Shown in pieces: positions 19,823 to 29,050 of a stretch of 64,000 bases of DNA. A model generated the notes under the pieces. That model searched no databases, was not told the origin of the DNA, and saw only the letters and a list, made by a program, of their open reading frames with translations. This DNA is from Thecamonas trahens ATCC 50062 (taxonomy: Eukaryota; Protista; Apusomonadida). Position 1 is the first letter of the stretch. Every line of letters begins with the position of its first letter. The stretch covers positions 1 through 64,000 of the forward strand of contig NW_013657637.1 in assembly GCF_000142905.1 (NCBI RefSeq). The letters run 5' to 3'. Position numbers and translations under genes: made by a program.

Positions 19823-22777
19823 ATGCAACAAGTTATTGTGGTGGGCATTGTGATTTGCCTCTTTCTGGGGCATACCCATGCCAATGCGCGTGTGGCTCAC
19901 TTTGCCATGCCGTCATCTGTTCCTTCTGGTCCGTTGACAGCACCGCCGCCACCCAACAGTATCAGCCATAAGGTAGCTGGTGTTCGTAGTGATGGGCAAG
20001 AGTCGATCATGGTCTATCGCACGAGTGCTGGTCAAGTTCATATCGTCATATGTACCCATGCTACTCAATCATGCTCAAACGTTCGTGTTCCGGATGTTGA
20101 GGCCGTTTCGCCGTCGGCCGTCCAAGCTGTAGCCTTTTACAACTCGGGCAACTCAGTGGCCATGGTTGTCAAGGCCTCGCCGACTACCCTATTCTTCTGC
20201 TCACGGGACGGCGCTACGTGCACAAGCCGCCCCATCTCCGCCCCGTCGACCTTCGCAACTCCAAGTGCTAGCATGCATGCACGCCTCATCGATCACGGCC
20301 AGTTCATCACTTTGGGCGCCTCCGAGACGTTCAACTCCCCGTTCATGTTCCTCCGATGCGCTGCTGCTCCACCGCACGAGTGCGAGGCCCGGTTTGAGCT
20401 CAATGGCAACGTTACGTCGCTGCAATCCCTCGGTCAAAAGCATGCCCTCCACCCCACCGCCGATGGCGCCTTTGTTCTCTTTCCCGTCGAAAACAAGGGG
20501 GTGGTCACCGCCAAGGCCGTCCTCTGCTCGCCGCTCTACTCGTGCTCGGTCAACGAGATGACGTTCTCCGTCTCATCGCTGGCCACCACCACCACTGCGT
20601 ATCATTCTGCTCGCAACCTGTACTTTGTCGGCGCTAGCTCTGGTGGTGTCCTTCGGCTTCTAGTCTGCAACGCATCCAGTCCGTGCTTCGCTCTCACTCT
20701 CGACACTGGTTCGTTTACCAGCTTCAACGGCATGCCGCTCCAGATCCACGTTTCGGCCGAGCTCGACGACGTCGTCATCCTTGCTCCGCACGACGTCACC
20801 TACGCCTCGGTCGCCGTCCGCGAGCTCATTGCCATCCACTGCAAGCTCGGTGATCTCCTCGACCGTGGCCTCTCCACCACAGATGCTTGCTCTATCGAGA
20901 ACCTCTCGGCTGTGCTCCGCGACCCCTCCGCGACGCCGGTCGCCACCGTCTCCAATTCGCACTTTGATCGCGCTTTTGCCGCAGCTGCCGTCGCGCCCGT
21001 CGTCAGCATCTTCTCCAAGAACGCTGCTGAAGAGATCGTGTTGTGGACCATCGACCGCTCACCCTGCCCGCCGGGCCACGCCTCGACGCTGCTCGCATGC
21101 AACCCGTGCCCGGCCGGCACCTACCTTCCGACAGGAGGCCAGAAGTGTACTGTCTGTCCCGCCGGCACCTTTGCCTCGGACATCGCCTCGACCTCGTGCA
21201 CACCATGTGCCGGTCCGGGCACATGCTATCCGGGCTCGACTGCTGACACCTCGCTCTCCCAGACCGCCATCGCGCCGCAGCGTGCCTCCTCGCTCCGCCG
21301 CAACGAGACCACCGCCTTTGAGCCCACCATCTTTGCCTTTGCCGAGTCCAACTTTCGCAATCCCGAGTACGTCAATGAGACCACGTTCGTCCTTGTCATC
21401 GTATGGGCTGTCATCGCGGGCATCGTCATCCTGGTCTTCTTTGTTTTTACCGTCGTCTCCTCCCGTACAAATATCGAAGACACATCGCATCCCTCGCTCA
21501 TGGGCCGCGCCGTTGCCGCCCTCGCCGCATGTGACATCTTCTTCCGCGTCAGCGCAAAGACCGTCCCTGCTGCTGACGCCCCGAATGACGACGGCCTCAA
21601 GGCCCGTGCTCGTGCCACCGTCAAGGTCCTCATGCAGCACCGCTCACCGCTCGGCGGTGTCCTTGCCCTCGTCACTATGCTCGGCCTTGTTGTCGTCATC
21701 CTCGCTCTCTCGCTCAAGTTCTCCATGGATAACGCCACCATCACCCCGTCGCAGCGGCCGTCGGGCATTGCTCCGGGTGCCACCTTTACCCTCCCGCGCA
21801 TCCGCGTCACCGTCGACGTCTACGGCGTCGATACTGAGCGCAACTGCATCGCCAACGACACCACGAGCTGTGCGTCCAACATCGCCGTCACCGCCGCCAA
21901 CGTCGCTGCTGCAGAGTCCACCTCATCCTCCTGCTCCGTCCCGCAGCAGTCTATTTGCCGCGTCTCGTGGCTCTGTGAGGCCTGCACCCTCGTCGAGACC
22001 CCGCAGGTTAACGTCGATCTCGGCTCCGCTGTCCCATTTGTCCGCAACACCCTCGTTGCTGTCGAGCTCGCCCGCTCCGACCTCGCCTTTGGCGTCGAGG
22101 GCGGCTCATCGCGCGTCGAGTTCTTCCTTGCGCCCTCGACTGCCAACCGCGTCTTCCAGAAGTCACCGCCGGCCCCACCGGCCTCCATTCTCTCCTTTGT
22201 CGGCTACGCCATGCAGACCGTCGACTATCGCGCGTCCGAGTCGAACCCGTCGCGGACCCTCGGCTATGGCGTGACCGAGGGCCGGCTCGAGCTCCGCGGC
22301 TCCGAGGTCAACGAGGACAACATCGTCTTTGTTCCATCGCCTGGCGCTACCGCCATCACTGTCCGCATCCTCCCGGCCTCCTTCCATACGATCACCGAAG
22401 TCCGACAGGTTCAATCGTTCCTTGCATTTGCTGGTGTAGTCGGTGGCGCCGCCTCGGCTCTTCTTGGCATCGGCACCCTTGTCGTCAAGTCCATCGAGCG
22501 CTTCCGCTCCTGGCGTAAGCGCTCGTCCAAGGACGAACCCGGCTCCAGGCTCTCTACCGACGACTCGGACGACTACACGCTCCTCTCGTCCTCGGCCTCG
22601 CTCTCGGACTCAGACTCGCCGGCCTCGGCCCACCCGCTCAAGTCGTCCAGCCCTGCCGCCAAGCCATCGTCGCCTGCCGCCAAGCCACCCGCTTCCAAGG
22701 CTTCTTCCAAGACCGCAACACCGACCTCCAAGGCCAAGGCCAAGGCCAAGGCCAAGAGCAGCAAGTCCAAGTTGTAG
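19823..22777 (+). CDS. Large membrane protein: signal peptide, Cys-containing ectodomain, ephrin-receptor-like Cys repeats, three TM segments, Lys/Ser-rich tail
   Basis: MQQVIVVGIVICLFLG signal; CPPG..CNPCPAGTY..CTVCPAGTF repeats; TMs FVLVIVWAVIAGIVILVFFVF, GGVLALVTMLGLVVVILAL, FLAFAGVVGGAASALLGIG. Confidence 0.85.
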   Translation: MQQVIVVGIVICLFLGHTHANARVAHFAMPSSVPSGPLTAPPPPNSISHKVAGVRSDGQESIMVYRTSAGQVHIVICTHATQSCSNVRVPDVEAVSPSAVQAVAFYNSGNSVAMVVKASPTTLFFCSRDGATCTSRPISAPSTFATPSASMHARLIDHGQFITLGASETFNSPFMFLRCAAAPPHECEARFELNGNVTSLQSLGQKHALHPTADGAFVLFPVENKGVVTAKAVLCSPLYSCSVNEMTFSVSSLATTTTAYHSARNLYFVGASSGGVLRLLVCNASSPCFALTLDTGSFTSFNGMPLQIHVSAELDDVVILAPHDVTYASVAVRELIAIHCKLGDLLDRGLSTTDACSIENLSAVLRDPSATPVATVSNSHFDRAFAAAAVAPVVSIFSKNAAEEIVLWTIDRSPCPPGHASTLLACNPCPAGTYLPTGGQKCTVCPAGTFASDIASTSCTPCAGPGTCYPGSTADTSLSQTAIAPQRASSLRRNETTAFEPTIFAFAESNFRNPEYVNETTFVLVIVWAVIAGIVILVFFVFTVVSSRTNIEDTSHPSLMGRAVAALAACDIFFRVSAKTVPAADAPNDDGLKARARATVKVLMQHRSPLGGVLALVTMLGLVVVILALSLKFSMDNATITPSQRPSGIAPGATFTLPRIRVTVDVYGVDTERNCIANDTTSCASNIAVTAANVAAAESTSSSCSVPQQSICRVSWLCEACTLVETPQVNVDLGSAVPFVRNTLVAVELARSDLAFGVEGGSSRVEFFLAPSTANRVFQKSPPAPPASILSFVGYAMQTVDYRASESNPSRTLGYGVTEGRLELRGSEVNEDNIVFVPSPGATAITVRILPASFHTITEVRQVQSFLAFAGVVGGAASALLGIGTLVVKSIERFRSWRKRSSKDEPGSRLSTDDSDDYTLLSSSASLSDSDSPASAHPLKSSSPAAKPSSPAAKPPASKASSKTATPTSKAKAKAKAKSSKSKL

Positions 22778-23261
22778 CGCCCGATCGGAGTGGCCTCGGT
22801 CTCTGTCTCTGGGCGCCAACGACTTGTTGGGAGCCTTACCTCCCCCTCAAAATGCCCGATCCAGATGCATATCACATGTCCCACGCGCCGATGGCCTCTA
22901 CTTCCAAGTTACACACCTTTTACCGCTCTATACTTTCGACCCTTTTTCTCCCATCCGTGTCCTTGAAGCCACAGCTTGTTGATCCGCCCAGGCGCGTCGG
23001 TCAACTCCGTCCGCCCAAATCCCGTCCACGCCCAGCCCAAGCTCATACCGCCCCAAACACCTAGACATGTCGACTCACATCACGTCTCTGACCAACCACC
23101 GTCCCTCACGCTTACCCTGTAACGCTGCGAGTCTGTACCGACTCGGTGCGAGCATCTGTCGCCGCCACCTGGCCCATCGCGCATCACCTCACCTCACCGC
23201 TACAGCTCGCCACACCCCGCACCCAAGCACAGATCTCATCATCCTGCTCATCCGCCCTCAC

Positions 23262-23825
23262 ATGGCCGAATTGCGCGAGTACAAGCTCATGCTGCTAGGC
23301 GACGGCGGTGTTGGCAAGTCGAGCCTCATCGTTCGATACACCCACAAGATGTTTGTTGAAGAGCTCGATCCGACTATCGAGGACAGCTATCGCAAGTCCG
23401 TGATCATCGACGATGAGGCAGGCCTCATCGACGTGCTTGACACAGCACCCCAAGAGCACCTGAGCGCAAGGAACGATCGCCCTCTCCGCCTGCACCAAGG
23501 CTTTCTCCTTCTCTACGATATCACTAGGCGCAGGTCGTTCGAGGAGCTGGCCAGCATCCGCGCCAACGTTCAAAGAGCCAGGAGCGAGCCGCACTTTCCT
23601 CTCGTCATTGTCGGTACAAAGTGCGATCTTGACGAGCTCCGAGTCGTCGACGCTGCCGAAGCCGCCACACTTGCGGAAGAGTGGGGCGCCGGGTTCATCG
23701 AGACCTCGTCCAAGTCTGGCGTCAACGTTGATCTTGCCTTTGCGGAAGCCGTCCGCGCCATCCGCAACACCGACAGCCTCAAAGCTGGACAGTCCAAGAA
23801 GAGCAGCAAGTGCTTAACCATGTAA
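23262..23825 (+). CDS. Ras-family small GTPase (divergent)
   Basis: EYKLMLLGDGGVGKS, DPTIEDSYRK, DTAPQE, TKCD, ETSSK, CaaX CLTM. Confidence 0.93.
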   Translation: MAELREYKLMLLGDGGVGKSSLIVRYTHKMFVEELDPTIEDSYRKSVIIDDEAGLIDVLDTAPQEHLSARNDRPLRLHQGFLLLYDITRRRSFEELASIRANVQRARSEPHFPLVIVGTKCDLDELRVVDAAEAATLAEEWGAGFIETSSKSGVNVDLAFAEAVRAIRNTDSLKAGQSKKSSKCLTM

Positions 23826-24409
23826 CGCACCTGTGACCATCATCACAGCGTACACGCCCTGGCTCTCGTGACTCCCATCCGCTAGCTCGCGCACAACCTC
23901 GACACCGCCGCAGGCGTCGATACGGCCGAATCTCTCAGCGTTCAGCTCATCGAGACCACCACAAAGTCCAACTACAGTCTTGATCTCGTCTTGCTCAAAC
24001 CGATCCACTCCATCTGGAAAGCAGACGCACCCGCCAATGCCGGTCAATCTACGCGGATGGGGTGCCGACTTGATCTCACTCCCGTTCCCTCCGATCGCAC
24101 CACAGGCCAATCCCAACACACTTCCTCCCCCACAATCCCAGTTGCATCACATGTCAGATGTGCTAAATGATCCCTTTTCCGGCCTTCATCGCCTGCGCCG
24201 ACCAACTCGAGTCGACTCGGCTCAACCCGACCGAGTTTGGCGCGAAGCCGGGCGCGACGACTCGACGCCAGACACGTCACCACCCACCCCACAAGCAACT
24301 CAGACACAACCTGGCTCATACTCGGCCCCACGCTAGTACTACTACATTTCTAGAGTCTGACAAAGTCTCGAGTCTCTCGTAGCAATCTGTGCCTCACGAG
24401 TGGAGCAAG

Positions 24410-25426
24410 ATGCGCGCCGGCGTGTGGGCGGCGTGCCTTGCGGGCCTTGCGGCAGTTTCGGGCACTTTGATACTGATTCTATTTTCGACCACAAATCTCT
24501 GGCAACCCGCACCGAGTCACTGGACGCATCCATCGGCGCTGCTCTTTGCTCTTTTGGTGGCTCTGGCGGCAATGGCTTCCACTTTGGCCATCGGATGCGG
24601 TCTCCGCGCCGCTTGCACAGAGCCAGGGAGCCCCGCACCGTCCGCGTACTCTCTGGGCGGAGCATCATCATCGACGAGGGCCATGTCGCGAGCCGAGGAG
24701 CTTCAGCCGCTGACTCCACCGCGCGATGCGTATGTCTCGCGCCAGCACCCTACACTATCGACTGCGTCGCCCGCCTTAGTGCGAGCCCTTGATTTCGGCG
24801 CGCCTGCTACTGCCTACAGCGGGCTCGAAGGAATGTCGGCGTTTACCCATGCACCTGCCGCGGCGCCGGCCACCCCGGTCGACGTTGGCAAGCACGGCTG
24901 CGGCAATGCGAACAGCGAGCGGATGCCAGTCGAAGAGGTGGTGGTCAATCTGGGGCCGATCGATCTTGCCCCGTCGTCGTCGTCGTCGCAGCTGACCGAA
25001 GACGGACTGGATGACTGGCCGGCGTCCGGCAGCGCGAGCTCCGAGTCTCCTCAGTCGGTGCTTCCGGATCCAAGCACCCCGCCTGTCCACCGCCTTGCCG
25101 CGCTGGCCTCGCGTTCGGATCCGTGGCTCCGCCCGCCGGTCACCGAGCTGACCACCAATCCGGGCGTGCTCGCCTCGCCGCTCGCCGCGCCTCGCCTCGA
25201 CACGTCGGTCATGTGCGACGCTGATGACCTCTCGTGTGGGCTGGGTGACGAGTCGGCCTCGGACGCAAGCGACTGTTGTGATTCGTCGCCGGTGCCGGCT
25301 GGTGCGCCTGAGGACGCCACGCCGCTCAAAATCAAGTCACAGCCGCGGACGGCTCGATGGCGCAAGGCGGCGCGATCGCCGTTTGCAGCACAGCGCACGC
25401 CGCTCGGCGACGTAACCAACGGCTGA
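24410..25426 (+). CDS. Hypothetical protein: two N-terminal TMs, disordered acidic tail, C-terminal D-box-like motif
   Basis: Two hydrophobic segments; ends RTPLGDVTNG (RxxLxxxxN). Confidence 0.65.
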   Translation: MRAGVWAACLAGLAAVSGTLILILFSTTNLWQPAPSHWTHPSALLFALLVALAAMASTLAIGCGLRAACTEPGSPAPSAYSLGGASSSTRAMSRAEELQPLTPPRDAYVSRQHPTLSTASPALVRALDFGAPATAYSGLEGMSAFTHAPAAAPATPVDVGKHGCGNANSERMPVEEVVVNLGPIDLAPSSSSSQLTEDGLDDWPASGSASSESPQSVLPDPSTPPVHRLAALASRSDPWLRPPVTELTTNPGVLASPLAAPRLDTSVMCDADDLSCGLGDESASDASDCCDSSPVPAGAPEDATPLKIKSQPRTARWRKAARSPFAAQRTPLGDVTNG

Positions 25427-25445
25427 AGACCGAAATGATAAGCGC

Positions 25446-26666
25446 TCACAGCCGAGTCGAAGGCGGAACGTGGGCAGCGGCAACCCGGGCCACAGCGCGG
25501 CAAAACTCTCGTGTATGCAGAATGAACGACGACGCGTGGCCACCGACGCACCAGGTGATGGCCGACTCGGGGAGCATGAGGTGCTCGTGGAGGGCGATGC
25601 TCATTTCCGGGAGGACAAAGCCGTCGTGGACTGCCGACAGCGCCTCGATGCGGCCAGGCACTTGAGTGGCAATCGGGAGCGGGCGAACCGCGAGCGAGGC
25701 GTCCTCGCGGAGGTACGCCGCAAGCTTCGCCCGCGCCGTCTCGGCATCGGTCCCATCGTCGGCGCCAAGCTTGGCGTAGTCAACGGTGCGGCCCATGACC
25801 GTGGCCGGATCGGCAAAGACCCGCTCGGGTGAGACTGGCGCAAAGCCGACAACTAACCCGGTCTCGTACGGCAGCGTGGTGGCCACGATGGACGACATGA
25901 GGCCGCCGTACGAGAGGCCGCCGACCACCAGGTTCGAAGCGCCGATGTCATTGCGGAGCCACTCGAGCATGGCCCGCTGCTCGTGGGCAATGACCGCGGC
26001 CTGCGCCATAAGGTCGGCCGCGCCTTCGAACCGCGCCGCGTTGCCGGTCTTGCGGTGTGCTGCCCGCCGCCGGCCGTACATGGGCGCCTCGATCATGACC
26101 GTCGCCACCCCGTGCTTGTGTGCCAGCGGGATGCCGACAGCTGTTGTCGGGCGAGAAAAGCCCTCGATGCCTGACGGTGGTGCGCCCACAAGCACTGCCT
26201 GCTTGCCAGCGAGAAACGCTCCCGGATCGTCGGTCACCACTCGGGCCATGGCTCTCTCCGATGCAGCGAGCATGGGCACGGCAGCGGCGAGCTCCGGCGA
26301 CCAACCCGGTGAGGCAAAGGAGAAACCAGCAGCATACACTGTATCCTCGGCATCTTGACCGCCATAAACAACCTCCCATTCGCCATCATTCCAAGTAACC
26401 TCGACATCGAGCTCGCCACTCGTCCACACATCGGCTGGCGGATGAAGCATGCGGCGAGTGAGCGCGTCAACTGTCTCCAGCTCGCCCCATCCGCTCTCTG
26501 AGCAATTGAGGCCATCTGCATAGAACTTGGTACCGAGTTGATCGACAGCTCCAAGTGCCCTTCCAAACACATCTGCAATGACTCCCACTCCACTTCTCGG
26601 CTCAGAAATGGCCTTCTTCCCCAATGCCCGCGTTGCACTCGCCAGCCTCCCGAGCACCACGTTCAT
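25446..26666 (-). CDS. ABHD18: Alpha/beta hydrolase, ABHD18 (DUF2048)-like
   Basis: F.SP, IEAPMYGRRR, nucleophile elbow GLSYGG, HDGFV, GGHASSFILH. Confidence 0.82.
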   Translation of the reverse strand: MNVVLGRLASATRALGKKAISEPRSGVGVIADVFGRALGAVDQLGTKFYADGLNCSESGWGELETVDALTRRMLHPPADVWTSGELDVEVTWNDGEWEVVYGGQDAEDTVYAAGFSFASPGWSPELAAAVPMLAASERAMARVVTDDPGAFLAGKQAVLVGAPPSGIEGFSRPTTAVGIPLAHKHGVATVMIEAPMYGRRRAAHRKTGNAARFEGAADLMAQAAVIAHEQRAMLEWLRNDIGASNLVVGGLSYGGLMSSIVATTLPYETGLVVGFAPVSPERVFADPATVMGRTVDYAKLGADDGTDAETARAKLAAYLREDASLAVRPLPIATQVPGRIEALSAVHDGFVLPEMSIALHEHLMLPESAITWCVGGHASSFILHTREFCRAVARVAAAHVPPSTRL

Positions 26667-27024
26667 CCGCAACTGTTAATTGGAGTCAATTGCCACAGCA
26701 ACCGGCCGCACCCTGGGCTGGCCAACCGGCCAGCTGCCGCTTCTGCTCACAGCCACGAATCGCCACAGAGACTAAGATCAGAGACTCTTCGCCATGCTTC
26801 GGCCATGCGGCATGGTGAGGCGATGGCAGAGCTAGCTACCAAGATCGTTGGCGAGCCAAGTCACGGGGCACCAACGATCAACTCAACAACAGATAATTGA
26901 TATCGTCACAATAGCAAGCACAATACACAACAGCAGCTCCATACATTCATCGACCGATGCCCTCACCCAGACCATCTCCGCCTTGCCTTCCTTGATCTCT
27001 GACCTCTACCCGGTGACCTCTGCC

Positions 27025-27043
27025 CCATCACCATGCCCAAACC

Positions 27044-27106
<63 letters not shown>

Positions 27107-27330
27107 CACCATCATCGTCACATGCCCATCACCATGCCCATGCCTATGCCCATCACCATGCCCATGCCCATGCCCATGCCCATCACCATCATCACCACCA
27201 TCACCATCACCATCATCGTCACAACCACCATCACCATCATCGTCACAATCACCATCACCATCATCGTCACAACCACCATCACCATCATCGTCACAATCAC
27301 CATCACCATCATCGTCACAACCACCATGCC
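27025..27330. repeat. Compound microsatellite: (CCATGC)n followed by ~24-bp CCACCATCACCATCATCGTCACAA-type units
   Basis: Visible periodicity; generates spurious PC/PM/H-rich ORFs. Confidence 0.92.
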
Positions 27331-27470
27331 CCCCCCTTCTCCCTTCAACATTTTCGACTACGTCAACGTGACGACATCCGATTCGCCACGCCACGCCACG
27401 CCACGGCAACCACTGGCACCAGACGACACCGGATGGCTGACTGGTACACTCAACTCAAGACGACAAGACA

Positions 27471-29024
27471 ATGTTGAGCATGCAAGACAAAAGACATACG
27501 ACAAGGACGATACTGGCAATGGTGGTGGCACTGGTGGTGGCAGCTTGCCTCTCGGGTCAGAGCTCGGGAAAGGTGCTTAGCCTCGAGACCGTGCCTCAGC
27601 CGCTGAGGGAGATGCAGTATGCTGTTCGTGGAGCTGTGGTTTCGCGTGCTTTGGAAATTAAGGCACAACTGGAGACGGATCCGGACTCGCTTGACTTTGA
27701 TGAGCTGGTTTGGTGCAACATTGGCAATCCTCAGGCTGTGGGTCAAGAGCCCATCTCGTACTTTCGCTCTGTTCTCGCCCTGCTAGAGATGCCGTCGCTG
27801 GCAGACTCGGGCTTGTTTGCTGATGATGTGGTGGCGAGGGCAAAGACTCTACTGGCAAACTCGCGTGGAACCGGTGCGTACACTCATTCCAAGGGCATGG
27901 CTTACATCCGCAAGCGCGTCGCCGAGTTCATCACTCGTCGTGATGGTAATGTGCCGGCCGATCCCGAGTCCATCTTCCTCACCAACGGCGCGTCGCCGGC
28001 CATCCAGGCCGTCCTCGCCCACCTGATCGCCTCGCCTGCCGACGGCATCCTCGTCCCCATTCCCCAGTATCCGCTGTACTCGGGCGCCATCGTCGGCCTC
28101 GGCGGCTCGCTTCTCGGCTACCACCTCGACGAGTCCATCGGCTGGGGCCTCAACATGGACGAGCTTGAACGGGTCGTGGCCGAGGCCAAGACCAACGGCG
28201 TCATGCCCAAGGCGCTTGTGGTGATCAACCCCGGCAATCCGACTGGTCAGATCCTGACCCGCGACGAGATGGCTGCTCTGGTCGCGTTCTGCGGCGAGCA
28301 CAACCTTGTGCTCCTCGCCGATGAGGTCTACCAGGTCAACGTGTACGAGCCTGAGCATCATCCGTGGTACTCGTTCAAGTCGGTTCTGGCGGCCGCGCCC
28401 GAGCCGCTGGCCTCGACCGTCGAGCTCTTCTCCTTCCACTCCATCTCCAAGGGGGTCATTGGCGAGTGCGGCCATCGCGGCGGGTACATGGAGGTTGTCA
28501 ACGTCGCGCCCGAAGTCATGGCCCAGCTGTACAAGTTCCGCTCCATCTCGCTCTGCGCCAACACCGTTGGCCAGTTCCTTGTCGAACTGATGACCAACCC
28601 GCCGGTCGAGGGCGAGCCGTCGTACCCGCAGTACGCCGCCGAGACGAGCGCCATCTTCGACTCGCTCAAGCGGCGGGCGGCCCGGCTGACGTCGGCGCTC
28701 AACGCGCTGCCGGGCATCTCGGTTGCTCGCTCGCCAGGCGCCATGTATGCCTTCCCGCAGTTTACCCTCCCTGCAGCTGCCCTCGACGCCGCCGCCGACG
28801 CAGGTATGGTGCCGGACGTCTACTACGCCATGCGCCTCATCAACTCGACCGGCATTGTTGTCGTCCCCGGCTCGGGCTTCAAGGCCGAGGGTGAGACCGA
28901 CGCGCCTTTCCACTTCCGCACCACCTTCCTCCCGCAGGAGGACGCCATCGAAAAGGTCATCGAGCGCTTCTCTGACTTCCACCTTGCGTTCATTGACGAG
29001 TTTGGCGGACACGAGGATCTCTAG
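27471..29024 (+). CDS. GPT: Alanine aminotransferase (PLP fold-type I) with N-terminal signal peptide and C-terminal HEDL
   Basis: YAVRG, CNIGNPQ, GAYTHSKG, LTNGAS, PIPQYPLYS, INPGNPTGQ, LADEVYQ, FHSISKG..GECGHRGGY (PLP Lys), VPGSGF, HFRTTFLP. Confidence 0.95.
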   Translation: MLSMQDKRHTTRTILAMVVALVVAACLSGQSSGKVLSLETVPQPLREMQYAVRGAVVSRALEIKAQLETDPDSLDFDELVWCNIGNPQAVGQEPISYFRSVLALLEMPSLADSGLFADDVVARAKTLLANSRGTGAYTHSKGMAYIRKRVAEFITRRDGNVPADPESIFLTNGASPAIQAVLAHLIASPADGILVPIPQYPLYSGAIVGLGGSLLGYHLDESIGWGLNMDELERVVAEAKTNGVMPKALVVINPGNPTGQILTRDEMAALVAFCGEHNLVLLADEVYQVNVYEPEHHPWYSFKSVLAAAPEPLASTVELFSFHSISKGVIGECGHRGGYMEVVNVAPEVMAQLYKFRSISLCANTVGQFLVELMTNPPVEGEPSYPQYAAETSAIFDSLKRRAARLTSALNALPGISVARSPGAMYAFPQFTLPAAALDAAADAGMVPDVYYAMRLINSTGIVVVPGSGFKAEGETDAPFHFRTTFLPQEDAIEKVIERFSDFHLAFIDEFGGHEDL

Positions 29025-29050
29025 ATTTACGTCGAGTAAAGGCCACGGCA

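Noticed and set aside
23295-23320. Ras GDGGVGKS read as oncogenic G12D
   Set aside because: The Asp aligns to position 11; G12 and G13 are intact.
26848-27580. PC/PM/His-rich ORFs
   Set aside because: Translations of a microsatellite open in several frames.
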